DNA of 64,000 bases from Eledone cirrhosa (lineage: Eukaryota). The stretch lies in contig OZ024741.1 of assembly GCA_964016885.1 (NCBI GenBank), positions 314,464,001 to 314,528,000 on the forward strand, in the 5' to 3' direction. The notes below the pieces were generated by a model. It made no database searches, was not told the origin of the DNA, and saw only the letters and a program-made list of their open reading frames with translations. Position numbers and translations under genes: made by a program. Shown here in pieces: positions 1 through 13,122 of this stretch. Within the stretch, counting starts at the first letter, position 1. Each line of letters opens with the position of its first letter.

Positions 1-530
1 AAGCGTCAGCATATCTGGTGGGGAAAGGAGACTCAAAGATCACCTTGACGAGAGCTCCATAGATATTGTCATGTACTCGCGTTACGTAGACGATATTAAT
101 ATAGTAATAAGAACAGCATACCCCCACAAGAGAGTACTAATGAACGTGATTTAGAATATAGCACAATGGAAAGGATCCAATAGATAGCTAACTCCATACA
201 CCAGAGTATAACTGTAACTGTTGACTACCCTTCCAAACACTCTAAAAATAGACTACATGTATTAGACACGGAACTCTGGATTAACACTCTAGACGAGAGG
301 GCCCAATTCTCCTCTCACGCTATGCTAAACCAATGGCCTCCAAATACCTGATACTCAAAAACATAGCAATGTCCAGTAGTGCTAAGTTTAATATTCTGAA
401 CGCAGACTTGGTATGAGAGATGAAGAACGTGTTCAACATGTGCGACTCAACCGAAATGGAAAGACACATACAACACTTCATCAACGGAATGCAGTTCTCT
501 AGCTACAACCAAAGAGACAGAATCAGATTT
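1..530 (+). mobile_element. Penelope-like RT fragment, degenerate
   Basis: MYSRYVDDIN catalytic motif at about 71-100, followed by TVDYPS..RLHVLDT. Contains stops and frameshifts. Confidence 0.65.
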
Positions 531-739
531 ATTACTTTAAATTGAGTCTGGAAAACCACATTGTTATAGTTAGTATTTTTTTCACCCTAGTGAACTTGGC
601 CCCTTACAATTCGGACACGTGAATGTTTATATTTGCTTTTATCTCTCTTGAATATTCAATTATATTACACGGCTCAGAAAAACATATTTATTTGAGGTAT
701 TTAATTGTATGAGACTATCTTGAGTTCCTAACTCAATAC

Positions 740-790
<51 letters not shown>

Positions 791-798
<8 letters not shown>

Positions 799-2438
799 TA
801 AAATAACAGATTAAAGTTTAAGCAAAGAATCGCTGCTTTCACCCTTAACGGGATCTTCCGAAACTAACAAAGTCAATCTGTAAACGCAGAACTGGATATT
901 TCCAAAAACGTTGCAACCGGAGGAAGACAGGAAGACGATACTTTGGTTCGTGGTTACGTTCGCTGGCAAAGAACGGGAAAAAACGAATAATACGTCATTA
1001 ATAGGAGCGGTGAAAAACAATTACGCGCAAAGACAAAACCACGTTTATGGTATAAAAGAGGTCGTAGACTAATGTTCTCTTAGGTGGTGCGGGCCTACAT
1101 AGGGTTAACCGCCAATAGTTTCAAGCAGCGTCTTTACATGCATACCCATTCTTTTCGTTACCCTCTAAGAAGGAATATGACGTCACTTTCAGCTTATATC
1201 TGGAGTCTAAAAGACAACCACACCCAATATAAGTTACACTGGGAGATCCTAGCTAGGGCTAGATCGTATAACGGAAATAAAAGACCATGTGACCTCTGCG
1301 CCGCTGAGGCCCTGGAAATACTATACGCTACAGACCAAATCTTAAACAAATAATCCGAGGCAATTTCGGCTTGTAAACCTAAATTGCACAAAACTTTCCT
1401 GTATTACAGCCCCACGTTATACCCTAACGGATAGCACGATCTATACGTGGATATTTTAGGTCTTGATGTGGGAGCTAAGTATATGTTTTGTTTATTCCTT
1501 TACTTATTTGCATAGGTAAGTATATATTACCCGTATGTTTTGGGAAGGTATGTATACCTTCTCGTACGTATATTTGACTGTTATAGCGTATAATTTTTAC
1601 ATAATCTGGTATTTAGGGTTTGGCTATATGTATACGGGAGTTTTGCGTCCGCGTGAGTGTGCAGGTTCGTACGTATGGTGGGTGTGTGTATATGTGTACA
1701 TCTTGTTTTAGTTGACTTACGTCTCCGAACATTCGTGTATTTATATGTAGGTATGCGTGTGCGCTTGTTATATACGTATTTATTTACTTATATACGTTTA
1801 TATAATTATTTATTTATTTGTACACAAGCATACACACACACACATATTTATATGTGCGTGGTTTTGTATACCCATGGTAAGGTTTTGCGTATGCTTGTGT
1901 ATGTACGTATCTGTTTGCGTGTATGTATTTATTTATTTCTATTATCTTTGTATTGTATTTATTTACTTTGTTCTTAACTCTGTAGCGGAGATTCATTTGG
2001 TCTCCTAGTTAGAATTTTAGTCTACGATTTCTGCTATACCATTTACGTGGTTTTGTCTTTGCGTGCTATTGTTCTCCACGCTCCACATATGACTTATTAT
2101 CTTCGTTTTTTTCGCTCATTGCCAGAGAACGTCTCTATGCACCACCTAAGAGAACATTAGTCTACGACCTCTTTTATACCATAAACGTGGTTTTGTCTTT
2201 GCGCGTAATTGTTTTTCACCGCTCCTATTAATGACGTATTATTCTTTTTTTCTCGTTCTTTGCCAGCGAACGTAACCACGAACCAAAGTATCGTCTTCCT
2301 GTCTTCCTCCGGTTGCAACGTTTTTTGAAATATCCAGTTCTGCGTTTACAGATTGACTTTGTTAGTTTCAGAAGATCCCGTTAAGGGTGAAAGCAGCGAT
2401 TCTTTGCTTAAACTTTAATCTGTTATTTTAATAAATAT
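791..2438 (+). mobile_element. Penelope-like 3' fragment (GIY-YIG) bracketed by ~300-bp inverted pLTR copies
   Basis: ORF 1084-1353 AYIGLTANSFKQRLYMH...LSAYIWSLK...CDLCAAE. 791-1090 is the reverse complement of 2139-2438. Flanked by (TA)n. Confidence 0.8.
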
Positions 2439-2546
2439 TTGCTCTACGGTTCTTATATATTTGATATATATTTTCCTTATCGAGCCCTCTTTGGATTTTA
2501 GTCTTCAATTTTATTATTATTACTATATATATATATATATGATACA

Positions 2547-2644
<98 letters not shown>

Positions 2645-2720
2645 TTTAGACATTTTAGAACTATTTCATTGAAACGTAATCATCAGGAAAGGCGTTTCCT
2701 GGTGATTTCTTTGGATGAAA

Positions 2721-2731
2721 CTATTCTAGTC
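2721..2731 (-). CDS. Candidate terminal exon 2 (GLE-stop)
   Basis: Duplicate of 4817-4827: CTTCTACAG|GA CTA GAA TAG. An AATAAA lies on the minus strand near 2510-2515. Confidence 0.45.
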
Positions 2732-2799
2732 CTGTAGAAGCGATTTCTATATTAAACATCATATTTACACACACACAAACACACACACATACACACGAA

Positions 2800-2916
<117 letters not shown>

Positions 2917-2927
2917 ATGTGTGTGTA

Positions 2928-2958
<31 letters not shown>

Positions 2959-3019
2959 GCGCGTGTGTGTGTGTGTGTGTGTGTGTGTATAGTAAATACG
3001 TAACAAGTTTATGATATAC

Positions 3020-3151
3020 CTTCTTGGCAATTGTCACCAAGAAAACCTGCAGAACATCCATCTGAACATTTTCCATTTTGCTTGTCACAGTTTATGCTTT
3101 TACAATGGCATTTCCTTTTACAATTAACACCAAAGTTTCCTATTCGGCATC
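3020..3151 (-). CDS. EGF-like repeat exon
   Basis: TTTCAG acceptor and GTATAT donor, 132 nt, phase 1-1. Encodes CRIGNFGVNCKRKCHCKSINCDKQNGKCSDGCSAGFLGDNCQE. Confidence 0.9.
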
Positions 3152-3321
3152 CTGAAATATATATAAGTTTTCTATAATAAACATCATATTTACACACACA
3201 CACACTAACACATGCACGTACACACCCGCACCCTCACACCATCACACACACAAACACATACACATGTATATGTGTGTGTATATAGTAATTATAGTAATTA
3301 TGTAAGAAAAATATGATGTAC

Positions 3322-3453
3322 GTTGGCAATTGACCCCAGTATAATCCTCAGAACATCGATCTGAACATTCTCCAGTACGGTTGTCACAGTTTCTATTGTC
3401 GATACAATGGCACGTCTCAGTACAATTAACACCAAACTTTCCTATTCGGCATT
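3322..3453 (-). CDS. EGF-like repeat exon
   Basis: TTTCAG acceptor and GTACAT donor, 132 nt, phase 1-1. Encodes ECRIGKFGVNCTETCHCIDNRNCDNRTGECSDRCSEDYTGVNCQ. Confidence 0.88.
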
Positions 3454-3988
3454 CTGAAATGTATATAAGATTTCTATATTAAACATCATATTTATACACA
3501 TACACAAACACATGCCCGTACACACCCGCATCACCCACACACCCACAGACACAAGAGAGGGTGAAAGATAGAGAGAAAGGGATAGTGGTTGTAAGAGAGT
3601 AGATTGAACGGAGGACATAGAGAGAGAAAGAGGAGACAGCGAAACAAAATAGTGCTGGTGGCGTTGTTGTGTATATATATATATGTGAGTGTGTGTATAT
3701 ATATATATATATATGTGTGTGTATATGTGTGTGTATGTCTATGACCAGTGTATATAGCTCACAGACCCCCCGCCACCACATATATATATATATATATATA
3801 TGTATACACACATATATTTATATACATACATACACACACGTATATATATATGGGCCACCCGGTTTCATTTCCCATTATATACATGTCTGTATATTTTAAT
3901 CATTTAAAAATTATTTTTAAGTGAACATGATTTTTAAGAAAAAACTTTGAAAGTGATTGCGACCCAATGGGTGACCAGTGGTCTCGTT

Positions 3989-4222
3989 TATAATATTAAT
4001 GGTTTCTTATATAGGCACAGAAGGCGGGGAAAGTCGATTTATTCGACCCCTGTATGTGACTGGTACTTTATTTTATCGACCCCGTAAGGATGAAAGGCAA
4101 AGTTAAACTCGGCGGGATTTGAACTCAGATCATAAAGCGGTGTAACTCTATGCTGCAAAGCATGGCTTACGTCCCTCTACCGATACTGCCAATCCACCGC
4201 TCTTCTGGTGTATAATATTAAT
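3989..4222 (-). mobile_element. tRNA-derived SINE
   Basis: Minus strand carries A-box-like GGATTGGCAGTATCGG and B-box GAGTTCAAATC. TSD TATAATATTAAT at 3989-4000 and 4211-4222. Same family as 9685-9900 and 13143-13328. Confidence 0.85.
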
Positions 4223-4377
4223 AAACAATTGAAAGTCTTTAACTATGAATGGAGACTGGTGAGGAGGAGCCATCTAGCGGAGTCCAAGAGAGGTAATGGT
4301 AATGGCGGGTAAATCACAACGATCTTCGTTTATGATTCTTGTGGCTATCAAGACAGTGCTGTGCACCCTTATATATA

Positions 4378-4482
<105 letters not shown>

Positions 4483-4539
4483 ACAAGTAAATATGTTTTG
4501 AAACAGTCAGTAGGTTTGAAATTAGAAAATAGAATAGCT

Positions 4540-4720
4540 TTCACCGTATTTTATGACTAAAGAAATTTTAGTCTGATAATGGGGTTTAGAACCCTCAGAT
4601 AAATGGAAAAAGATGAGTATTGAAGTACATGTACGTCAATACCCATCTTTTTCCATTTATCTGAGGTTTCTAAATCCCATTATCAGACTAACATTTCTTT
4701 AGTCAAGAAATACTGTGAAA
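4540..4720. repeat. ~180-bp near-perfect palindrome
   Basis: Arms TTTCAC...GACTAAAGAAAT...CTCAGATAAATGGAAAAAGATG and CATCTTTTTCCATTTATCTGAG...ATTTCTTTAGTC...GTGAAA, centred on GTACATGTAC. Confidence 0.85.
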
Positions 4721-4816
4721 TATATATATATGTATATATACATTTAAAAGTATTAAAACTATTTCATTCAAACGTAATCCTAAGAAAGCGTTTCCTGATG
4801 ATTTCTTTGGATGAAA

Positions 4817-4827
4817 CTATTCTAGTC
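4817..4827 (-). CDS. Candidate terminal exon 1 (GLE-stop)
   Basis: CTTCTACAG|GA CTA GAA TAG, phase 1. Preceded by the same ATGTTTAATATAGAAAT intron motif that precedes the EGF exons. Confidence 0.45.
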
Positions 4828-4862
4828 CTGTAGAAGCAATTTCTATATTAAACATAATATTT

Positions 4863-4895
<33 letters not shown>

Positions 4896-4934
4896 CACTC
4901 ACACACACACACACACACACACGCACACACGCAC

Positions 4935-4965
<31 letters not shown>

Positions 4966-5087
4966 TGGACACACACATACACACACACATACACACACGC
5001 AAACGTATACATATATATGTGTGTGTGTTTTTTTCTGTTTGTGTATGTGTGTGAGTGTGTGCGTGAGCGTGTGTGTCTGTGTCTGAG

Positions 5088-5193
<106 letters not shown>

Positions 5194-5198
5194 CGTGC

Positions 5199-5242
<44 letters not shown>

Positions 5243-5269
5243 TAAATAGGTAACAAGTTTATGATATAC

Positions 5270-5401
5270 CTTGGCAACTGTCACCAACATAACCTTCAGA
5301 ACATGCATCTGAACATGTTCCATTTCGCTTGTCACAGTTATTGTTATCGATACAATGGCATATCCCTGTACAATAAACACCAAAATATCCTATTCCGCAT
5401 T
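5270..5401 (-). CDS. EGF-like repeat exon
   Basis: TTTCAG acceptor and GTATAT donor, 132 nt, phase 1-1. Encodes ECGIGYFGVYCTGICHCIDNNNCDKRNGTCSDACSEGYVGDSCQ. Confidence 0.9.
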
Positions 5402-5582
5402 CTGAAATATATATAATATTTCTATATTAAACGTCATACTTACACACACACCCCAAAACATGCACGCACACACCCGCACACCCGACACCATCACACACAC
5501 AAACTGACACACACATGCATATATATATGTGTGTGTTTGTATATAGTAATTATAGTAATTACGTAACAAGTTTTTGATATAC

Positions 5583-5717
5583 CTTGTTGGCAATTGTAAC
5601 CAATATAACCTGCAGAACACCCATCTGAACATGTTCCATTTCGCTTGTCACAGTTAATGTTGTTGATACAATGGCATGTTTCAATACAATTAACACCAAA
5701 CTTTCCTGTTGGGCATT
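5583..5717 (-). CDS. EGF-like repeat exon
   Basis: TTCAG acceptor and GTATAT donor, 135 nt, phase 1-1. Encodes ECPTGKFGVNCIETCHCINNINCDKRNGTCSDGCSAGYIGYNCQQ. Confidence 0.9.
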
Positions 5718-5872
5718 CTGAATTATATATAAGAATTCTATATTAAACATTATATTTACACCCACACACCCGTACCCGCACACCCCTCACATGCAAACGC
5801 ACACACAAACACACATATATATGTGTGTGTATATATTAATTACAGTAATTATGTAACAAGTTTATGATATAC

Positions 5873-6004
5873 CTTGGCAATTGTCACCAATATAATCCTC
5901 AGAACATCGATCTGAACATCTTCCATTTCGCTTGTCACTATTAATGTTTTCGTTACAATGGCATATCCCATTACACTTAACCCCAAACTTTCCTACTGGG
6001 CATT
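5873..6004 (-). pseudogene. Degenerate EGF repeat exon
   Basis: Encodes CPVGKFGVKCNGICHCNENINSDKRNGRCSDRCSEDYIGDNCQ. The acceptor reads TTTTCAA instead of TTTCAG and one conserved Cys is Ser. Confidence 0.7.
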
Positions 6005-6349
6005 TTGAAAATAGCAATATATGTGATAATGTTGAAGATATCATTAATTACATACAGATATCAATGATACAAATTTATACAAAATTTTAAGATTAAAGTG
6101 GTTTTGTGATAAACATACGAACTTGTATACTTATTGAATAATATATCGATCCTCTATAATATATACATGGATTTTTTTGTTCAGTTAAATGCAATGTTAA
6201 AATCAGTATGAAAACAAACAATATCATCAGAAAATTAAACATATATAATCCTACAAAATATTACCATATTTTATCAGTTCCTACGATATGTATTTGCGAC
6301 ATTCTTACATTTAAATAAACACACACACACACACATACAAACACACACA

Positions 6350-6452
<103 letters not shown>

Positions 6453-6493
6453 TATATACTGTATATATATAAAAGCATACATACATACATACA

Positions 6494-8926
6494 AGTTCTC
6501 AAGGGAGATACAATTATACCAGAATGGTTGACATTATCACAAACAAAGACACCCACTTGGCAAAAAACTAACGACCCATTGCATGCCGGAACCTGATGTA
6601 TACAATGTATACGGTGTATACGGGCTGCTTGAACCTATTCCTCCAAGATCGCTATGAAAATAATAACATCACATCACAGATGAACAAGCATCTAGATAGA
6701 AAGGAGTTTGCGGGTGTGCTGAACAACTCCTAATCAACAAAACTGTAATGTCGGAGGTGCGACAACTTAGGAGGAATATGACTACAGTCTGGTTGGATTA
6801 CAGGATAGCTTTCGATTCTGTTCCCCACTTTTGGATGATATAGGCCCTCCGACTTGCTAAAGTTCCAGATATTGTTATCAGAGCCATAGAGAAGCTGTCT
6901 TCTTTTTGGGCTACTATCCGAAATTTAAAGACAGAGAAAGAGGACTCTATTTTCACTGATAAAATAGAATATCACAGAGGTATATTTCAAGGAGACAGTC
7001 TCTCTGTGATATTATTTATCCTGTCATTAAACCCCTTGTCCTTTCTCCTCAAGAAATGTGAAGGATACATCATTGACTTACAGGAGGACAGAAATACGAA
7101 ACTAACCCATAATTTATTTGTGGATGATCTGAAACTCTATGGCAAGAACATAGATGTGATGAAGAAAAATCTTGACCTGGTTACAACGTTCTCAAAGGAT
7201 ATAGGAATGGAGGTTGGTCAAGATAAATGTTCATATATGACTGTAAAATCGGAAAAACAACAACCCAATCTAGCAACATTGTCATCAATGGCCTAACTGT
7301 TTTACCAATATCTGATGAGGACAGCTACAGATACCTGGGGATAGATGAGAACATATTCTATAATGGTATCTGTAATAAGGAACGCGTAACCAGGGAATAT
7401 TACATCCGATTAAGGAAAATATTGTCATCGGAACTCTCTGTGCACAATTAAACAGTGGCTCATAATGTGTTTGCTGTGCCTGTCCTAACACCATCGTTTG
7501 GAATACTCAATTGGACGATAGACAAAATCCGAGCAATTGACGTTAGGACTCGAAAAATACGAAACAACCCCGGAATCGTCCACATCAACAGTGACATAGA
7601 CCGCCTTTACTTGAAACGTAAGCAGGAAGGCAGAGGCCTAATATCAGTTCAGACGGCATTTGAATGTCAAATTATATCCCTCCGACATCTACGAAACTCG
7701 AAGCGTAGGAGCCCGTCTCTCGAGCAGGTCTATCTACATGATACAGATAAGATCATGAGAGTTGGGGAGGAACTCCTTGAAATATATTCACTGTGTGATA
7801 ATCAAAAACTCTCACCCAGCGAAGTTGCTCAGCAGTACCGCAGTGAATCCATGGATGAAAAACTGCTTGCTTATCAGCAAAAATTCATGCATGGATATGT
7901 TACCATGAAGCCCCAGAGTGAGAAAAATATAGATAAACAAAGTAGTCTATATTGGACCAACAACCGCTATATTGGCTCCCACTTTGAAGGATAGGCTTTT
8001 GCAATCCAAGAACAGGAAATCAATACGAAATACCTGATTCACACAATAGATAGGGATGCAAGCAAAACACCTAGTTGTAACCACAAGTGCAGACTCTGCA
8101 GAATTAACATCGAACATGTCACCCATGTCATAAACAGCTGTCTAAAGATGTCATCGCGGTACTATCTACCGATGAGGCATGATGTAATGGCCCAAACACT
8201 GTACATCCAATCCGTAGAATAGATAGCCGCGATAATAAACACTTTAAAAGCTACAGTAATGTGGAAGACATACATATACATAATATGAAAGAGTACTGGT
8301 GGAATGATCCAGTAAAAACCCCAATAAATTGCAGGCATAACAGACCAGATATAATGATAAGGGACAGCGAAATTAAGGCATGCACAGTTGTGGAAGTTAG
8401 CTACCCAACGGATGCCAATAAAATATCGAAGATTTGCGAAAAGGAGAATATTTATGCAGAACTAATGATTTTAATGATATTTATGCAGATACCACATCCT
8501 GACTATACCTTCATATTTATGCCTGTAATTATTGGGGCACTGGGATATGTTAGTAACTGCCTCAAAACAAATCTTGGGGAGCTGGGCTTCCCAGAAACAG
8601 AAAGACCACAACTAGTTAGGATATTACAAGTACAATCCATTAAAGGAACATTAAAAATATGTAAAACATTCCGAAAATGTTGCATCTAATAACTGCATAT
8701 ATACGTACAGATACAAAGCGTATGCACCTGCAAACATACTACTCAAAGCATACACATCCGCACATCCAATGACATCCATACCTACACATACATGCATGCA
8801 TTCAGACATGCATACATATCTACCTAGTTGAAGTTGTGTAAATTCCAATGAGAGAGTCTTGTAACTATGTTAGAAACTGATTCTTTCTCTATTGGCAAGC
8901 ATTTGTGAAATTATGAAACCAGAAGA
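6494..8926 (+). mobile_element. 5'-truncated R4/Dong-like non-LTR retrotransposon (RT, CCHC, restriction-like endonuclease), degenerate
   Basis: Motifs WLDYRIAFDSVPH, GIFQGDSLS, LFVDDLKLY, YRYLGI, CRLC..EHVTHVINSC, RHD and RPDIMI..VEVS. Flanked on both sides by (CATA)n. Confidence 0.85.
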
Positions 8927-9012
8927 ACATACATACATACATACATACATACATACATACATACATACATACATACATACATACATACATACATACATAC
9001 ATACATACATAC

Positions 9013-9600
9013 TCAGTCAACGCGATCAATCGTATATTTTGGTGTGGGAGACTATTCATTAAATTTAATATGAATACTATCTCCGACAGTAATGCTACAA
9101 CTACCAGTCATGTTGAATAACTGGTTATTCTTCTAACTATATCCACTGAAGACACATTTCATTCGAATACGTAGAGATAACCGACGAAATAAATAATTCA
9201 TTTTATAAGGATTTGTTACAAACGGCATGGCTGAACACAACATCAACAACAACAACATTAGTGGTATACCGAAGGAAAACGAGAAAGGAAAACAAAATTT
9301 ATTCAGTTGTAGCAACAGAAGAAACATAAATTATGAATGGCATTTCTCTTGGAGTTGCGAACTTAATGATGATTTATTTAGTTGTTATAAAATGGCAAAA
9401 TCTATCCCTCCATTGGTTATATGAACAGAATAAAGCTACACTGGGACGAAATATACCCAGAGCTAAATCACTTCACAGCGAAACACTTACGCCAACAAAC
9501 GACGTTTGTTGAACGTAAACGTAAGATAAATATTATTAATTGTAAGTCCCCAACAACAAACATGGAATCAACAACACGTGCTACATGTCGCCATGCTACT
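9013..9600 (+). mobile_element. 5' end of a second R4-like element
   Basis: Begins immediately after (CATA)n. WSCELNDDLFSCY..MNRIKLHWDEIYPELNHFTAKHLRQQ resembles R4/Dong N-termini. A matching RT fragment lies at 9955-10120 (EQLLINK..WLDYRKAFD). Confidence 0.6.
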
Positions 9601-9684
9601 AGACTTCCTAGTAGCCAGGTCGTACTGTGCTTTGAAACAACTCTGCCTGTAAGAAATTAAGTCTACCTCGAATGCTATCGATAA

Positions 9685-9900
9685 TAATGGTTTCTTATAT
9701 AGGCACAAGGCTAGCATATTTTGGGGGAGGGAGAGGTCGATTAAATCGACCGCTGTGCGTGACTGTTTCTTTATTTTATCGACCCCATAAGGATGAAAGA
9801 CAAAGTTAACCACGGTGGGCTTTGATCTCAGATCATAAAGGGCCATAACTCTATACTGCAAAGCATGGCGTCCGACCCTCTACCATTATTGCCGGATTAG
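9685..9900 (-). mobile_element. tRNA-derived SINE
   Basis: Clear similarity to the SINE at 4000-4205. Confidence 0.8.
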
Positions 9901-10124
9901 GCGATTTAGCGATCTCTCTCTATAACTATTAGTTTTTCTCTTTTTAAATAGATCACTGTGAAAATAATAACATGATCACAGATGAAAAAGCAGCTGGAAA
10001 GAAAGGGGTTTGGGGATGTGCTGAACAACTCCTAATCAACAAAACATCGATGTCGGATGTGCGACAACTTAGGAGCAATATTGCTACAGTCTGGCTGGAC
10101 TACAGAAAAGCTTTCGATATATAT

Positions 10125-10905
10125 GTGTGTAGGAAAGAGAGATGTCGCATCTGACTTTCCACAAACCACTTGATAAATTTCTGCTCTTCACTAAAGGGAA
10201 AGGAAAAAGTCGTTCATTCCTACCAACCCCCAAAATATCACCAACAATAGCTACCACCAAAACCCAGACAATATCACGAAGAAAAGCAACAGCAGCATCA
10301 GCTTCACCAAGACCAACACCAACAGAATCAATACCACTAGAAACAGACACGCATCATGAACATGCCACGCCCTAACCTCATACAATGAGATTTAAATTCT
10401 GATGAGGCTGAGGAATGGTAAACAGTATGCCCTAAAATGGAAAAGAGAAACATTCCCCGTGTTTTGCCTTTAAAATTAGAAGGCAGCGAAAGAGACAAAC
10501 AATCTTAAAAGCTGAAAGGCAAAAAAACGCTTATACCAACATCCTCAGAAGCGCCTACACTCCGAACTCCCAAACCATCAACAATACAGCTGTCACCACA
10601 CACATTAACAAAATCCCAATTAAAGCATGAACCCGCTTCAATAAAAATATGAAAACATAAACTACTACACAGTAATAGACACTAACAGCACAAAACTAAT
10701 GAATTACTTGCAGCAGAACACCACAATTACACAAAAAACTGCATGACACCCCCCAAAATAACATTGATTACAAACATACAAATCTTACAAATCACACAAA
10801 ACACATACACACGTCTAAAACAACATTCTCCGATTCTATTGGAGATAACCGAGGGTGCTCCCCAAAAGAATCTAAACAGACGCCACACCTAGAAAGGTAA
10901 AGTAC
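10125..10905 (+). mobile_element. Possible Tx1/L1 ORF1 remnant
   Basis: Decayed zinc-knuckle-like start, FLPTPK and a Thr/Pro-rich tract similar to ORF1 at 48.7-49.5 kb. Ends in GAAAGGTAAAGT, like the other ORF1 ends. Confidence 0.4.
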
Positions 10906-11079
10906 ATTCTATTATTCTTGGTCTCAGACATATGCCCAGTAGGCAACACCATACGCAACTATTTTCCCTCGCATAAACCTCCCTTTACCTACGTCCCCAA
11001 TTTCCCCAAGCATCTTCTCAAGTTTTCAACCTCCCCTATAAAGGGATCCCCCGGAAGCAACGACAAAAGAGTGCAGCCC

Positions 11080-11440
11080 ACACTATAGTGGTCATGTAGG
11101 TGTCATGACAAAAGCGAGCAGCAGGTCCACACTGTAAAGTTGTTGTGTAGGCGACACGTCAAAAAGCACCCAGTCCATGCTATAAAGAGGTTGTGTAGGC
11201 GACACAGCAAAATGCACCCAGCACACAATGTAATTGCGGCTGGCGTTAGGAAGGGTAACCATCGATAGAAACTGATCCAAAATCAGTTCTGTGTAAGCGA
11301 ATCACGGACCCCAAACTGATCCCTCACAAAGTGATAGCCCATCCTACCCATGCTAGCATGGAACATGAACGTTAGACGATGACGATGATGAGGAGGGGGA
11401 GGAGAGGGGGAGGGAGGAGCAGGAAGATAATGATGATGAT
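11080..11440 (+). mobile_element. SINE/RTE-tail repeat
   Basis: Internal TGTAGGCGACAC..AAAAGCACCCAG duplications and a 3' tail CATGCTAGCATGGAAC..GACGATGATG typical of RTE-mobilised SINEs. Confidence 0.55.
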
Positions 11441-12908
11441 GTACTAGTCTACGACATCTCTATATTTTCCTTTGCGATGAACAGTGTTGGCCGCCGTTCA
11501 CTAGACACCTATTTCCCAAGCATATCTGCTTAATGGTGTTGCATTCATGGGTCAATCGAAAACCTAGAGTCGCTGCTGGGAAACAGGTGTCGGGTAATTG
11601 GGCAGTACGATCAGGGGAATCTCCACCTTGGCATTATATAGAGGATTAGGGGCGGAGAAACATTAAAAATATCTTAGGCAAACTCTTGGCTTTAAAGAAA
11701 ATAATCTAACCACTATTATCGGGATGATATTCTGTCGTGGCCCCAAGCATAATTTCCAGAAAACATTTACCAGTCACATATATCGGGGAGATTTGCCAGT
11801 TCGGGATATACTCTGCAGATCTGGAAATGCCGTCAGCTATGCTGTACGGGATGCGCACAGGTCGGGGTAACAATCATACACGCTTCCTCCTGTGTCCGAG
11901 TATTGCTGTAATGTAAGTTTAAATCGAACCCATGCTGTTGTGTGTTGGACGAACCCGGCTATCAGTTGTAACCTGAGAAAATTTAGGTCGGAACGCAAAG
12001 TTCTGTCTTCGAAGTTGTTTGTTGTAAGATGAGGTAAAGATGTGAGCATGACACGTCTGAATGGGCCCGCTCAGAGAATGTGAATGCATTTTGGAGGAGG
12101 ATTGCTAAGTCGGAGCACTCGCCCTAGAAATCAGGGCATTCGTAGTTTTATAGGAATTTTCGACGAGCAGCCCTCGAACGTCACCACACTATTGTGGATT
12201 TCCCTTTGTTTAATTGGAATTGTTACATTTCTTTTATTAATGTTACACATATTTGCACACACAACCCACAAACTGACACACGCACGTATCCGAGTGTGTG
12301 TTCCAGTGGGTGTTTGGGATTGTGTATGTGTGATTGATATATTTTATGGGGGAATGGTTTTCATATTCCACAATGCTTCAAGCAAATTTATCACTCAGAG
12401 ACAAATACACACAAACCACACACGCACATGCACTCACACACGGACACCCCCACCACCATTCCCCACACACCCCACACACAAATACACACACACGCACACA
12501 CTTGTTTGTCAAAGTTTTTTATATGAAATCGTGTGTTGAAACAATTATTGTTATAATATTGCCAGAAATAATAGAACACAGGCACTGTTTTGTTTGGATT
12601 GGTTTTCGGTTCTGTATCTTTTATATCTCCATAATTAATTTATCTGGCACTCAATGTTTATCATTGATTGACCAACGGGTAAAAATACAGATATAAATAT
12701 ATATATATATAGTCTATGAAAGTTCTTTCGTCACACATCTATGACATCATAAGTGGTACTATTATGTTTCCTCACGTTGTATTGTAATGCCTACTCCATT
12801 TTTATTTAATTTATTTAAATAAATTAAATAATATTATAACAATATGATTCTCCCCAAATATAACAATATATATATATATATTAAATACGTAGCATTTTTA
12901 GGAAATAC

Positions 12909-13043
12909 CCTGTTGGCAGTCGTCACCAATATAACCTCTTTTACACCCATTTAAACATTTTCCATTTTGCTTGTCACAGGACATTTTGTCCCTACAATGA
13001 CATGACATTTTACAATCGATACCAAATGTTCCGGGATTACATG
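12909..13043 (-). CDS. EGF-like (laminin/MEGF-type) repeat exon
   Basis: TTTCAG acceptor and GTATTT donor, 135 nt, phase 1-1. Encodes (A)CNPGTFGIDCKMSCHCRDKMSCDKQNGKCLNGCKRGYIGDDCQQ with 8 Cys. Confidence 0.9.
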
Positions 13044-13122
13044 CTGAAATAATCAGTATAGATAATAATGTTGGAGATATCATTATGTACATACAGATAT
13101 ACATGAGATAACAACTATACAA

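Noticed and set aside
6261-6310. Possible mini-exon MSQIHIVGTDKI with a GTAA donor
   Set aside because: It is phase 2 and incompatible with the EGF exons. The paralogous sequence at about 13520 lacks the ATG, so it is treated as duplicated intron.
11486-11592. Short inverted repeat GACACCTATTTCCCA / TGGGAAACAGGTGTC
   Set aside because: Too short and degenerate to call a MITE without copy-number data.
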